Assembly (NCBI RefSeq): GCF_964194025.1
Contig: NC_134472.1
Coordinates: forward strand, 63,550,001-63,614,000
From: Convolutriloba macropyga
Lineage: Eukaryota
Length of the DNA stretch: 64,000 nt
Reading direction: 5' to 3'
A program made the position numbers and the translations under genes. Below the pieces are notes generated by a model. That model made no database searches. It was not told the origin of the DNA and saw nothing but the letters and a program-made list of their open reading frames with translations. Positions 1 to 12,895 of this stretch are shown piece after piece. Position 1 is the stretch's first letter. Each line of letters begins with the position of its first letter.

Positions 1-2119
1 CCGAGGTGCACTAAAGTGTGCTATTCGAAGATGCCTCTCTCTCCTCTGTTGGGGGCACACACGAGAGAGTTGTGCGGAAACTTATTGGATCAGTTTGTTT
101 GGCTCTCTGATTCAGACAACCAACCGATCTGAAGATAGAAAATGATATCTATGTGGTCAAATTATCAAACGGTAGATAACAAAAGGCTTCTGATTCATTA
201 AGATCTCAATAAATATTTTCTCCAAAAGTACAGAAAATTACATTTAAGAGTTTCTAGCCCAGAAACGTTGATAAAGCGCTAAATTATGTCTACATTTAGG
301 TATACAGACGAAAACTGCTGGAGGTTGAAGAAAACACTTAGAAAATCGGAGACTCAATTTATAAAAATGAAAACATGTGGTATTGTATTTCTGTCGTACC
401 GTTTCAACCGCAAAACTCCTTTAAATCAATTATCGGTGAAAATAATTGCCTTTTAAAAACAAAAATATAGAAAAGCGATTTAGAAAATGAAGTATTTCAG
501 AAAAAAAGCCAAAACTTTTCTTTGGTTAGCTTTGATAAGTTCTCATAGCCTTGTAGTGATTTGACATGATATTTAGGGTAAGATACAAAACATTACGGGG
601 ACAAATCTTTGTTAATTTTTTTGCTTAGTTTATATCAATATCTTTCTTTCCCTCAAGGTATATTTTTGAAATATATTACAAATGCAAAACCGGTTGGTCC
701 CCTGACCCTCCGAGGTTGAGATATTTCTAAGAAACCGACCAATGGGAAGATTTGAAGGGAAATTATTAAAATATGGGATGACGTGAGCAACTTTTACTAC
801 TGTAATTTTTCTTCTTTACATTTCGGATTGTTATTTGCATCAGCTTAGGATTGTAAAAACTAAATTTTTTACATTTTTTTTCGTCACAAATTTATTAAAT
901 TCGTATTTTTTACGGCAACAGCTAATTGTTCCGACCCTCTTGAGGGGGGAGGAACTAAACACTCAAAGGTTTTTTTGTTCAGACAATTTTGACCGATCGA
1001 TATATTCATCGTACAGAGTTGTGAGTGGTATCATTAAAAAGTCCATCCAGCGTAAAATGCGGAATTAAAAAGATTTCTTTGAATTTCGTATTTTACAGGG
1101 AGTTATCGAGGTTTGAAGTTTTGTGAATAATAGACGAATTTCCGCTGTTTTTATTCACATTTTCCGGAATTTCGCCTAAAATTTTGTCAGTTTTGGTACA
1201 AAATGTTATAATTGTAAACAATAAAGAAGTTGATTTTGTTTTTCAGAGACAAAAAGTATTGTTGACTATTTTGATTTATTTTTTCTTGCTAAAATTTTAG
1301 CAAAACATTTCAAAATTCAGCCTTTTTCAAAAATTTCTCGAAATAAGCTTTTTCAGTCCACTTTGATTAAATTTGCCGGAGGTACACACCACAAAAACAA
1401 CCAACAAAATCTTTGTAAACTACAAAAGGAGCTAGTTTTACTTCCACTTCCATTGAGAGTAGTCTAGAATTAAAATTTTGCCGTTTTTTGCTAACTTTAC
1501 AATATGAGTAGTAAAAACGCAGCATTTATTTTTAATCTTTTAACTAACAAATTATCTAGATCTAATGCATTTGGAACAATTGAGTGTTCTAAATGGGAGA
1601 ACAACAATAGCGGGGCTGGTTTTGCTCCAATGTTGGACTGTTAGAATTGAAAAAAATAGTTCGGTATATAATCAGTCGGTCTTTAAAAAAAATCGCGCTT
1701 TTTATGTTAATTAAAGAACAGAACAATTCACATCAAAGCTCCCTGTTGATAGGTCCGATTGGCTTCCAAAACAGTTCCAAACTAATTAATCTATTTTTTT
1801 TATTCGAAAGATTATGATCGTTTTGACTTTTACAAAAATTTGCTTTTTAATTAAACAATGGCTTATTGAACTTTGCCACTATTTTTCTCTTAACTTGGTC
1901 AACTTTTAGCGAAGTGTCAGCAAAGAAAGAATGCGTATTCTTCCTCTTCCTTCTACTGAATTAAATTTTGATTTATTCGCGGTTTTAAGCGTTAAGTTGT
2001 GGTTTTCTGGCTTTGATACTACTAGATTTCATTTTTTTTTACTATTTTTAGGAATTGGCCCCTTTATCGCGTTTTTTTTCTCGTTTTGTAACATTATCCT
2101 ATTATTGACAGTTCACATA

Positions 2120-3200
2120 TTACATTATAGGTATTCGAAGAGATGCACAATTGAACATATAAAGATCCTGAAAGGGACAGATTATGTTTTAAACGGCTTC
2201 GACACTCTTTCTCGAAGATTTTTGATTTTTTTTTCAAAATTGACTTCAACTGTCGTTTTTACTCTGTCTTTTTAGTCGTATGAAATTACCTGACTAATGA
2301 CAGGTCTCATTGACGTTTTATGACTGATTAAATGAGCTTTTATTCTGATTTGAGTAGATAGCTGATGGCTTTCATGACTTTGAAAACTATTGTTTTCAAA
2401 AAAAACTCCTTTCAACGTTGTTCAACTTTGCATTTTGTGTCTAATTATTGCCTAGTCCCGTTAATAAGAGGTAATATATAACATTGTTGTCGAGAGAAAA
2501 AGCAAGGGTACCAAATTAAATGTTTCTTAAAAGCATTTGTTATGAATTCACTGGCTTCGACACGGTTTTTCGCACAAAAAGTAAACTAATTTTTAATTTT
2601 TGTCTATATTTAACGCTCTTTTTGTTGAGGTAAGACATATTCTAAATAATTGCAGGCCTCAAGCGCTTCCTTTGGACGAATAGACGAACCTATTTAGTTA
2701 TTTCATTTCGTAGCTATTGGCTTTCTTGACTTCGAAAATTGTTTTTGGAAAAAAACAAATGTGTTAACTAATTTTGCCCTTTTTCTCTATTTTGGTCTAC
2801 TTGCTACCTATTCTCACTAATGAGAAGGCCTACAACACAATTTTAGCGTTCGAGGAAGGCTCAATTAAACATATTTTGAGGTGCCAAATATGGCTTTAGG
2901 GCTTCGACAGCGTTTTCTCGCAAGTTCTAATTGATTTTTTTTGTTGTCTCTATTTGTTGTTCTTTTTGTAACCGAAAATTGATTAATGAAAGGTCTTAAT
3001 GCCCTCCTATAGAGGCGTATGTGATCATAAACATATTGGATGTTTTCAATTGCCATCTAATGGTTTTCGTTATTTTGAAATTAATTGTTTTTGAAAATAT
3101 AAGCCAGTTTTTTTTTTCTTGGCTGCTTTTTTTCTGTTCTTTTTTTGTCTAATTGCTACCGAACCTTTTTATAGTGGATCAATATCGTTTTAGTGAAGAA
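2120..3200. repeat. Degenerate ~350-bp tandem repeat, about 3 units
   Basis: GGCTTCGACA at ~2195, 2553 and 2900; GGCTTTC-TGACTT-GAAAA-like block at ~2368, 2719 and 3062. Confidence 0.6.
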
Positions 3201-6200
3201 CAAGTTGTTTTGCTGACTTTCAGTTTATTCGACGCTATTTTGAGCTTGTAAGTTTTTTTAAATGGATGTGTTGTAATTAATATAAAAGTTTTGGTTGTAA
3301 TTAATATTAAAGTTTTGGTTGTAATTAATATTTGTTGTTACTTGATTTTGTTGTTCGTCTTGACTTGCTTTCTTAGTAATGAGTGATTCCAGGAAGCGAT
3401 CTTTGTTCATGCTCATTTTTGAAAAATACTTAAATTTTGGGGGTTTTCTATCTGTTCCTCATTTGGTAGACATTTATGCCAAAAATGTGGGTCAGAACTT
3501 TATGTGCGAACGCACATTACCGAGCCTCCTTGTTCGAAATATATGCTAATGTGGTTAGCTGGTTACAGCTTTCATAAAATGATTGCGAATGTTTTCCGTA
3601 TTTCTTTCCTTGACACATACGTCGACAGCCTATATTTTGCTCCAAAGAACTTCAATTGATATTATAAAGCATAGCCTGAATCTTGCAGATAAATGCCTCG
3701 ATAGCTTTGTAGATCTTTAGCTTCAAAATATTACTTGACAGAATGAGACCAAAAAGAACAAAGACAAATTTTGTTTTTCTACTACTTGCAGTGATCTCTT
3801 CAGTTGATTTAGTCTTATCTACCGTAAAGCATCCCCAATAACATTCAACTACACAGGTATATCTTCATTCGACCTGAGGAGTAAGGTAGGTATTATGTGA
3901 GCAAAAAAATATTCATGCGAATACATTCGATCCACTAAGAGTAAAAATGGCCTCATGCACGTAATTCAGTCCAATAATTGCATGAATTAATCAACAAAGT
4001 TGATTTTGAGCTAGCGTGACGCTATATAACAAAAATCTTGGCGAAACAATAACCTTTGTGGTCAATAACAACTCCGTTCAACTCTCGCACTAATAAAAAG
4101 CAACTTGTGATTCCGCAGCTAATTCTAAAAATGCGGGACGTTGACAGCTGTTATCTCGTTCCTTATCCGCTACCCCATTACAGGAACCAAAAAATGCCCA
4201 AAAATGTTGCACTAGAATAATAACAAGTCAGCACCAGTTCAGACAGATTTGGTGTAAACTGCAAAAATTTCAACAATTTTTCTTAAAACAGAAAGAATAA
4301 AAACGACAGAAGTACCGGCGTCTCACGAAAATTTATACATCCCAAGCACAGCTCAACCAACTTCTCCACTTCAGAAATTCCTTTCAGAAATAATCTTGAC
4401 GTACTCGTACAGCGCAAAAAAAGATGTCAACCAATTAAATCGATTTGCATGCTCAATTTAGACAATATAATACTCTCTAAGGCAAAATTTGAAGACCTGA
4501 AGGCAAATAAGAGTCATCAATGGGAGGCATAAAGCTCCAACTAGCACTTTTACAGGTCAAAATAGACCTGCAACCAAATTCGGTAGTCTTCAATTACTTT
4601 TAGTAATAAACTGCCATCAATTGAGCTGAGGTGCTTAAAACTTTATATGAGAAAAGAAACTAGATCCAGTAAAACTCAAAAAGTCAAGAACTTAGAAGTT
4701 AATAGCGGTCGAGTCAAAAAGCTTCAAGTGAAAATTTTGCATAAAGAGATATACAAGACTACAGTAACTGAATAAAACGTTGTTCGACGAGACTAATCAA
4801 AAATTATTGGCAAAAAATACTTTGATTATCACAATTTAAACGAATCCATTTTTATCTGTAAGACTTTTTCCGACTGAATAACGTCCGACATTAGCCTCAA
4901 GGTTCTCAAAAAACTGTAAAAAAAACAGCGCACTGGTGGTAATCTCATGATAGCCACAGCTGCCGATTTCTGTTGAACAATAGACTGATGCGATCGAGAC
5001 ACTTAAGATCGCAGTTTTTATCAGTTTCTAAATTGTTTTTCAGGTTGCTGGAAATTAAGCAGCATATTCATGCCAAGCTCAATCAAAAACTTGACAACCC
5101 GATTTCGAGCTCGATGAAGTTCAACAAACAGCAACCACATGAGAACAAACTGGTTGAAAAATAAATCGAAATATTTATGAACTGGCTTCTGAACGCATAA
5201 TCAATCAATTCTGACGAAATTGGAATTTGAAGTCTAATACCTTGATTTTTAAAATGAGAGTCATCGCAAAGAGTCAAACATGAATAACAGCAAGGTAGGT
5301 TGAAATAATCAGATACTTTAAATAAATTAACCTTCTTTTAAAATTTGCCAGCTTACAACTTAAATAGCACCAGATATTTTTCTTCATATCAGAATCTTGG
5401 ATTCTATAATTAACAAACAAGGGGCCACAAACCTAAACAAAGCAAACAATCACAAAATTTTTTTCCATTAAGAAAAAATCAGCGTTTAAGAGAGGCAATA
5501 GCTAAAAGAAATTGAGTTCAAAAAGAAAAAAAGTGAGGGAACCAAGAAGCCGTTCAAAAAATTCCAACTCTTACCACTTCAGAAGTTAAACTGTTGCATA
5601 TTGAGTTGACAATTTTTCCATTATTCATCCTTGAAATCAACTGCTATCATTGAGTCATTGTAACCTCATTGTTGATGTTGAGTGGTACTTAATAACAAAT
5701 GTGGGACAAAACGACCAATTTAATAGGCTCTAATTGATTTTAGTACAATATTTCAACAATCTGAGCATTTTTGCGGTTGCTGAGTAGTTTTTCAAATCAA
5801 ATGAGCAACATTTGTTACTAGTACTTGTATTTGTCTTTGGTAGTATTGTGTACCGGTTTGAGATAATTTAGAAAACGAGATTAAAGAGTATATTGTCTTT
5901 AAACTAAAGCTATTAATCAGTTGTTTTGTTTTTATCAAGAACACACCATTTCGCTTTAGGAAACAAAACTTTATTTATTCTTTTGATTGCTGCATCTACG
6001 GCAGCCATTTTTTAAGACGCAGCAGTAGATTGCTGCATCTACTGCAGAAAATTTTTAAATATCTTTTTCTATTACTTTATTCTGTTTAACGAGTGCTTGG
6101 TTGTTAAGGCAGTAGGGTTTGAAGAATTGAAGATTGATAGAGTAAAGATTGGAGTTTTAATGCATCTTGTGTTATTTCTTGTAGTAAACATTTTATTTCC

Positions 6201-6916
6201 TGAATAGAATGTCATAGACAACCAACTGCACTCTTAGCATTTTGTGCGACTACCATAAACTTTTCGTTATTTATAGTACCGTGGTTGTTTTATATTTAAT
6301 TCAGGAACTTCAATTATATTTTATGGCCTTTCTTTAAAAAAATTCATTTTGATTTAGTGACTAACTAATTTTCTTTGTACTTGGATTACTTCAGGAAATC
6401 TTCCGGAACCATTAATCTGTTAGTTTTCCATTAGCTTCCGGAATTCTAGTGGAAAAATAACTACGATGAGCTCACGTGCTACTTTTACACAATGTTAGAA
6501 AATTAAACGAAAAATTTTGGCCAAATAGCTTTCGAACGACAGCCGCGCAATTTACAATCGCTTTTGTTTTAGCAACAGACTTAATTTCCGAATAAGAGCA
6601 AGTTAGATCACGCAAAAATCAAACGTGAAGAAGTCACTCTAGAGATGAAATCAAGAGAACGTAATAGAGCAAAAGCGCAAAATTGGTCAAGCAAAAATTT
6701 TGCGGAAAAAAAGACACACGTTTACAATAATTGCTTCAAAATTAATTGCTTGAAACTTAATTGCTTCAAATAGAGCAATTAAACATTTCCAGCAACGGAA
6801 AAATCCGAATATTCAATTAATACTCCTTCACCGAAATCTTTTAAAAATGGCAAAAACATTTCTTCAAAAAAGACAGATATAACGTTAAATTCAGTAAGCC
6901 ACCAAATCCCAATTAT

Positions 6917-7341
6917 AAACATAACCGACCAACGTCGGGCGAATTGCTCTCAAACGACGGGCGAGCGGTTGGCTTCGTCAGTAGCTAGCCACGGGGGGGG
7001 GGGGGTGCACCTGGGGCTGATGGGGGGCAACACTGGGTTGGGGGGTGCAACAGCGCGGTGGGGGTGGAGGCAATAGTGGGGGTGGGAAGTCAACAGGGTG
7101 GGGGGATGTCTCAACCTCTAAGAACCGCCCTTCACACCATAAGTATAAGTCTCCAAAACAGTTTGAGCTGAAAGGCTCTAAGAGCACTTAATGCCAACTG
7201 GGCGCTACCTGTTTATCCCGTTTTTGAGGACGAAAAGTCAAAAGCGTCAGACGAAAAATCGGTCAAGCGAATAATCGCATAAAAAAAGAAAGACCAACAG
7301 GACTAATATAATTGCTACAAACTTCGTTTGAGAGCAATTAA
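6917..7341 (-). mobile_element. Non-autonomous Helentron-like element, family B with G-rich core; other copies ~24172-24999, 26330-26773, 39720-40087, 41130-41573, 41879-42292, 43317-43581
   Basis: Hairpin CCGAC-CAAC-GTCGG, subterminal IR AATTGCTCTCAAACGA / TCGTTTGAGAGCAATT, shared internal blocks such as CTAAGAACCGCCCTTCACACC. Confidence 0.7.
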
Positions 7342-7974
7342 CTAGACAATTAAATCAAATAAAGTATACTTTATATTAGCTACATAGATACATTCACTAT
7401 CACTCACATCGACATCGTCAGATGTGTACAAACTGTCATTTACGACAACTGCGATGAACTCCGTAGGTAAAAACAACTTAGGAACATAGAGCTTCCATTA
7501 AATGGACTACTGGAAAACAGGAGGCAAATAGCCACAAATAATCGAGTAAATAATCATGTTGGAAAGTCAAACATTTAGACCAATGATATCCTTGTGTACG
7601 GGGACAAAATATTACTGAACTTCTTTTAAGGTGCTTTTTAAGTCGGATTACTAAAACTTACTGTTCATAAAAGTAGATACAACATACGACCCCCACCCAA
7701 AAAATGTTTAGCAAAACTTTCATAACTTTCTACCATTAAAAAGATCAAACGTCAATTTATTATATTATATTTCGAAGGGAAGGCAAATGCCCGGCAACTG
7801 GTTGTTCCTTAAAATCTGCTTCAACAAATCAGTTGCTTCGATAAAGAAGTATACTCTTGTCCCAGTACAATTACTTTATTTGGTATCCAGCAGCTCAAGA
7901 CATGTCAGAACCATTCAACATACATCATCTCACTTCATTCATTTGTTCCACTTGTACATGTAGAGTATTTTTTG

Positions 7975-8181
7975 TTATGCTCCTACGATGATGTTGTTGA
8001 TTGGGATATGAATGAGTTTGACGAAGAACCCGATGAAGCCCATTATGGCAAAACCGACAGCAGTGGCCAGTGCAATCTTCTGGAATTCTTTTCTGTCTGG
8101 CTTGGAACACCTCTTCACCAGCCGGATGGAGTCCTTGGCGAACTGTCTCACTGGCTCAATTGTAGTCACAATCTGGTCCAT
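7975..8181 (-). CDS. SEC61G: Protein transport protein Sec61 subunit gamma (68 aa, intronless CDS)
   Basis: [68 protein letters not shown] matches the highly conserved metazoan Sec61 gamma pattern over its full length. Confidence 0.97.
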   Translation of the reverse strand: MDQIVTTIEPVRQFAKDSIRLVKRCSKPDRKEFQKIALATAVGFAIMGFIGFFVKLIHIPINNIIVGA

Positions 8182-9579
8182 AGTAGAATAGGTGTCGGTT
8201 TATTGAGTAAGATAAGAATCGAATGCGTGGATCTATTAATAAGTTGTTATTTGAGAACCTCTCTTAAAGAGATACTTGATACCGTTGCTGTAACTAAGAA
8301 CGACTACTAAAATAGTTGTTCTTGATTTGCTATGTCTCCACAATGCTTTAACGACCACAAATGGATCTGAAAAATTTAAAAAAGGTCGAGTCAAACTGAA
8401 TCAAAGTAAACTAAATATTCAAGCCGTGCCTAATTAATCCGTTCATTATGAAGTCACCATTAATATAAGACTCAAAAAGAGCAGAGAAAAATGTGAAATT
8501 TGCTCTCAATGACTAACTACAAACACAATAACACCATTAAAGAACTATACTGAACAGTATTATATAATGGAACTGCCAATGACAAGTTGAATATGCGATA
8601 AGAATGGCGACAATGGAAATGAACTATTTGTTACAGACAGATGCAATAGCAGAGAAGCCGACTAAATATGCATAATGTATTTTATATTGCTGCTATCTAA
8701 TTTCAATATTTGTCTATTCCCACTGAGAATTGTACACCATCATTTTCATTCAGCTCCACCAATCCATTCATGTTTCCCTGGAATTGAATCATCCCACTCG
8801 TTTCCAGCACACAATTGTCCATCAACTTTGCACTGAGAATCCATCGTTTTTCCGACTCCCAGCATAGCACCGACCTTTAGCGATCATGCAATTGTCAACG
8901 ACAGTCAAAGCGACTGAAAATGCCTAGTTGAGACCAAATCTTGCTGTAATGTCCGTGGAATCGGGGTCTGTCCACTTGTTCACAATTCCACATTTCACAC
9001 TTTTATTTCCATTCAATAGATTTATAAACTAGAGGATCTTTCATGAAAATATTCACCTGCTGTGTTTTTGGGTGAAGTCGAAATTATTAAGCATTCAGAG
9101 GCACTGCCTTATTATCTCACAGAGGTAAAAACAGCGCAAGATCAGCTGTTGAATTCGAATTATCATGGTAGAATCTGGCTTTTAATCAGCTGGCTATCAG
9201 CGGCAACCGACTATGGTTATCAACAGATCATTCTGAATCGAATAGTTGGTCGTTTGTGAATTTCTGACGTACATCTCCATCACTTTTGTACCCAAAGCCT
9301 CGTAACTTTCATTTTGCAGATTGCTGGGCATTAATTTGAATTATTTCGAAGTGTATTCTTACCTATACGTATACTTCAATACGTATTCCGATTTATCGTA
9401 ATATTGATTTATTGGTTTTTTTTTGGGGGACGACAAATTCGTAACTCGCATCTCGCTAGCCTTCAATAAACATTTCAACCAACTTATTTTGCAGAATGTC
9501 AATTTATTTTCTGAATTGAAATTTTAACTGTAACAGAAATATGGCCCCAATTATCAAAATATTACGATTTTTACCAGCT

Positions 9580-9898
9580 TCAATGAGCTTGACATGAGTT
9601 GAGCAATAAATCCATGACACTTCCTCTCGTTTTCAGACTGTTCTCAACACGACTCTCAGACTCCAACAGTTCATCATACTTGATCAGGTTGTTCACTCTC
9701 TCAGCGTCTATTGTGGCTATTCGCATCACTTCCCACTTGTAGTGTTTCAGGCATTTCCTCTTCAGTACCCGACAGTACTCGTGCACCGCTTTGTCATCGT
9801 AGAATGATTCTCCCGTATTTGGAATTGGACACCCGCACACTTCATACTCGCCCACTTTGTAGTCTTTAGCTGAATGTTCAGGACAGATTATCTTCAGC
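9580..9898 (-). CDS. CXXC1: CXXC1 terminal exon (LKIICPEH..EVCGCP..CLKHYKWE)
   Basis: Conserved CFP1 C-terminal motifs; AAAAG|G acceptor; TGA at 9580-9582. Spliced CDS totals 2469 nt (822 aa). Confidence 0.88.
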
Positions 9899-11938
9899 CT
9901 TTTAAACCCATTTGTTTCTTTTTCCTTTTTGATAATTTTTAAGTCAGTGTAAACACTGTAAGGCTTCGTGCTGAATGAATTATTTGTTTGGCCTTGCCAA
10001 AATATAAATACCATAAACAGTGTCAACAGCAACAAAAATGCATTTGTACATTAAATACCGGTCATAATAGCTTACACACACGCACATTATATACACAGAA
10101 TAAATACACATTTATGAAAGTAAATAAAAATCGAAACCGGATAAACCCATTAAGCCGAATTTTAGATGCCCGCTACTTGAACTTTGATTTTATAAGTTTT
10201 AGTTTCCTCAATGCTCTCATTAAGAAACAGGAGTATGTCCAACAACGAAATGAAATCAAAATAGCTGGCACTTTAAAAAATTTTTTGTACATCAATCAAA
10301 TTTTTTCTGTTCTTTCAATACCAATAGTGGCTATAGGAGTCAATGGCAGGTATTTTCCGGCAAGCTGCCGGGTATTTTAATACAATGTGTGGTATATAGG
10401 GTAATATATACATTATGATTACCATAAAACCCATTGGGATTAGAAGAACAGCAAAAATAGAAGAAAATTGATAGATCTACAAAAACATTTTTAAAGCGCC
10501 AGCTATAATGGTTTCATTTCGTTGTTAGACATACTCCTGTTTCTTAATAAGAGACCATAGGGCTAGTATAAAAACCAAAACGCATTAGCAATGGTAACTG
10601 CAACTCAAAACACAGCGGGCAGATTGCCAGCAAATAGCCACAATAGCTGCGTAATCTGCAGTCCCAAAAAACCAGTACAGACAGGCAAAAAATTTACTCT
10701 TTCCATTAAAGGATGAGATGTTATATTTTCATAAAGAATCTGTATAAGTTATTGCTGCCACTATTAGCTACTCTCCTCTGAAATAACCTTCATTTAGTGT
10801 GACACACATTCTTTGAATTAAAGTAAAGAAAAGTCTATTTCAAAGTGGAAGTTATTTTTCAGGGTGAGGTAAGTCCACTGTGGCCAAAAACTTAATCATG
10901 CGAAAAAACTCGTTCCACTAAGCGTGAGAAATGACGTCAAGCACGCACTTCAGTTGAAATTGCATGGACGAATGAACAAAAAGCAGTGGTTGTGACGTCA
11001 TATTGTCGTAACAAAAATCTTGAAAAAAACAACCAAGAAAAGGCCAATAATAGCCTCAGCTATCGCAGTATCAAAGTGCTGCTACTAAAAACAAAGTTCC
11101 AGTAGCGAGCATCTAAAATTGAGCTTTATGGGTTCATCCCGTTTCCATTTTTGCTTACGTTTTTCGGTATTGACTCTGTTCATTTTACGTTACTCTGGTG
11201 AGCAACAGCCGTTTAAAAACATTTTCAGCAGAAAGGCACTTTTGTTTTGCAACATTTTGTCGCTCAACATTAAATTAAGAGTGAAGTGTTCACGCCGCAA
11301 AACCACTCACTTTATCGCTCCACTTCTTGTTTCGGAGTAACCAAATCATCAAATCAGTTTGACTTCAAAAATCGCGAAAATGGGCGGGCATATCGTTAAA
11401 AAGACACCGCCCCAATTTTTTGAATTGTAAAACATAGCTGGCAGATTGCCAGAAAATAGCCGCAATAGATTCGTAGATGGGCATTCTAAAAAAACAGTAA
11501 AAAAGACAGACCAAAAAAATTCGTCTTTTCATTGAAGGCTGATCTGTTATATTTTGATTAAAAATCTGTACAAGTTATTGCTGCCTCAATTAGCTGATCT
11601 CAAATAACCTTCATTTAGAGTGACACACACCTATTTGACCTTATCTCTTTGAATTAAATTAAAAAAAAGTCAATTTCAAAGTGAGGAAGTCATTTTTGAG
11701 AGTGAGTAAGTCAAGTGTGACCAAAAATTTAATCACGCGCATGAACAAAAAAACTTGCTCCACTAAGAGCGAAAAATGACGTCACACATGCAATTCAGTT
11801 GAAATTGCATGAACGAATGAACAAAAAGTGGCTGTGACGTCATATGGTCGCAACAAAAATCATGACCACGAACAGATCTTTAAAAAAAGACAGCTTTGAC
11901 ATCACACTGAAAAAAAGGAAAGGAAAAGGAAACAGTTC

Positions 11939-12368
11939 CTTTTGCAGTAGCTCTTAGTTCTGTTGTTGTACGCATCACAAAATAACATGGGGATATTGGA
12001 CGGATACTTCGATTCGTACGATGTTTGAGTCTCTATTTTGGCAAAACATCGTTCTATGTGTTTTAAAGCTGTAGATTGACTAATTGTGGCACCACATGTG
12101 AAACAGAAAATGTCGCCAGATGATGCATTTGGAGCGTCTTCCATTGATTCTGGATCATCTTCCGGCAAGGGTTGCAGATTCCTAGCACTAGATATCTCCC
12201 GTTCCAGATCCTGGCGTTCTATGTCCAATTCTTTCACTCTGGTCAGCACAGCAGCTTTCTGTGCTCTGATTTTCTCCAGTTCTTGTTTGTCTTTTTCATT
12301 GGCCATCGGAGGATTTCTCCGCCAATCTGCTATTTTGTCCGGGAGAAGAACTAAAAGTCGCTGACGAG
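11939..12368 (-). CDS. CXXC1: CXXC1 exon 4 (coiled coil, CFTCG..HIERCF, FCDAYN..YCK)
   Basis: CFP1 C-terminal zinc-binding region; acceptor TTTCAG|CT. The 3' boundary is inferred from protein continuity YCKR-LKIICPEH and requires a non-canonical GA donor. Confidence 0.88.
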
Positions 12369-12665
12369 CTGAAAGAAACACACTAATTGGAATCAGTTGG
12401 TTGTGACACAAACTTATTTCTTCTTTCAGTTCTTAATTCTTTATCTAAATTTCATACGCCTCAAGTAGTTTTTTTTAAATCGAAGTTCAAGCTCTAAGTT
12501 TAACTCCAAACTTCTCAATATGTCGTATCACCATACCAAAACTGAAAAATACAAAATCACAATGTGAAAATTTCTTACTCAACGAACAGCAAAAAGAAAA
12601 ATATCAGTCTACTTCTCGAATACATTAGACACAAATAACTATGGGATGTTAGATTTAACAATAAC

Positions 12666-12895
12666 CCAGTGCCATTCCACAATCATCTGAGCAGTATTTG
12701 GACGTCCTCCTGCTCCTGTTAATACACCCTGGACCCAAACACTGGCTAGCAATGCCACTGGGGCGACCAGCAATTCCATTGTAGCTTTCCTCGTCCAAAT
12801 ACTTCCTCTTCTTTTTCCTCTTACTGTGCACTGCAGACGAGGAATTATACTCATCTCCAGCACCAACATTGTCATCCAAGTTAGTCTTCAGATAT
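12666..12895 (-). CDS. CXXC1: CXXC1 exon 3 (QCLGPGC...SKYCSDDCGMAL)
   Basis: Diagnostic CFP1 motif CLGPGC-x-SKYCSDDCGM; acceptor TTTTAG|A, donor G|GTTATT; phases consistent with neighbouring exons. Confidence 0.9.

Noticed and set aside
1-132. GC-richer open frame PRCTKVCYSK..DNQPI* on the plus strand
   Set aside because: Could be the terminal exon of an upstream gene, but it is truncated by the window edge and shows no recognisable homology.
3858-3886. Possible 29-nt plus-strand micro-exon (ACACAG|...AAG|GTAGGT)
   Set aside because: Splice-like signals only; no partner exons or homology.
11925-11934. GTTTCCTTT as a U12-like or ordinary GT donor for CXXC1 intron 4
   Set aside because: It gives phase 1. 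The nearest phase-1 AG creates a TAA stop, and a farther one inserts ~30 residues into the conserved YCKRL motif. Not excluded without transcripts.
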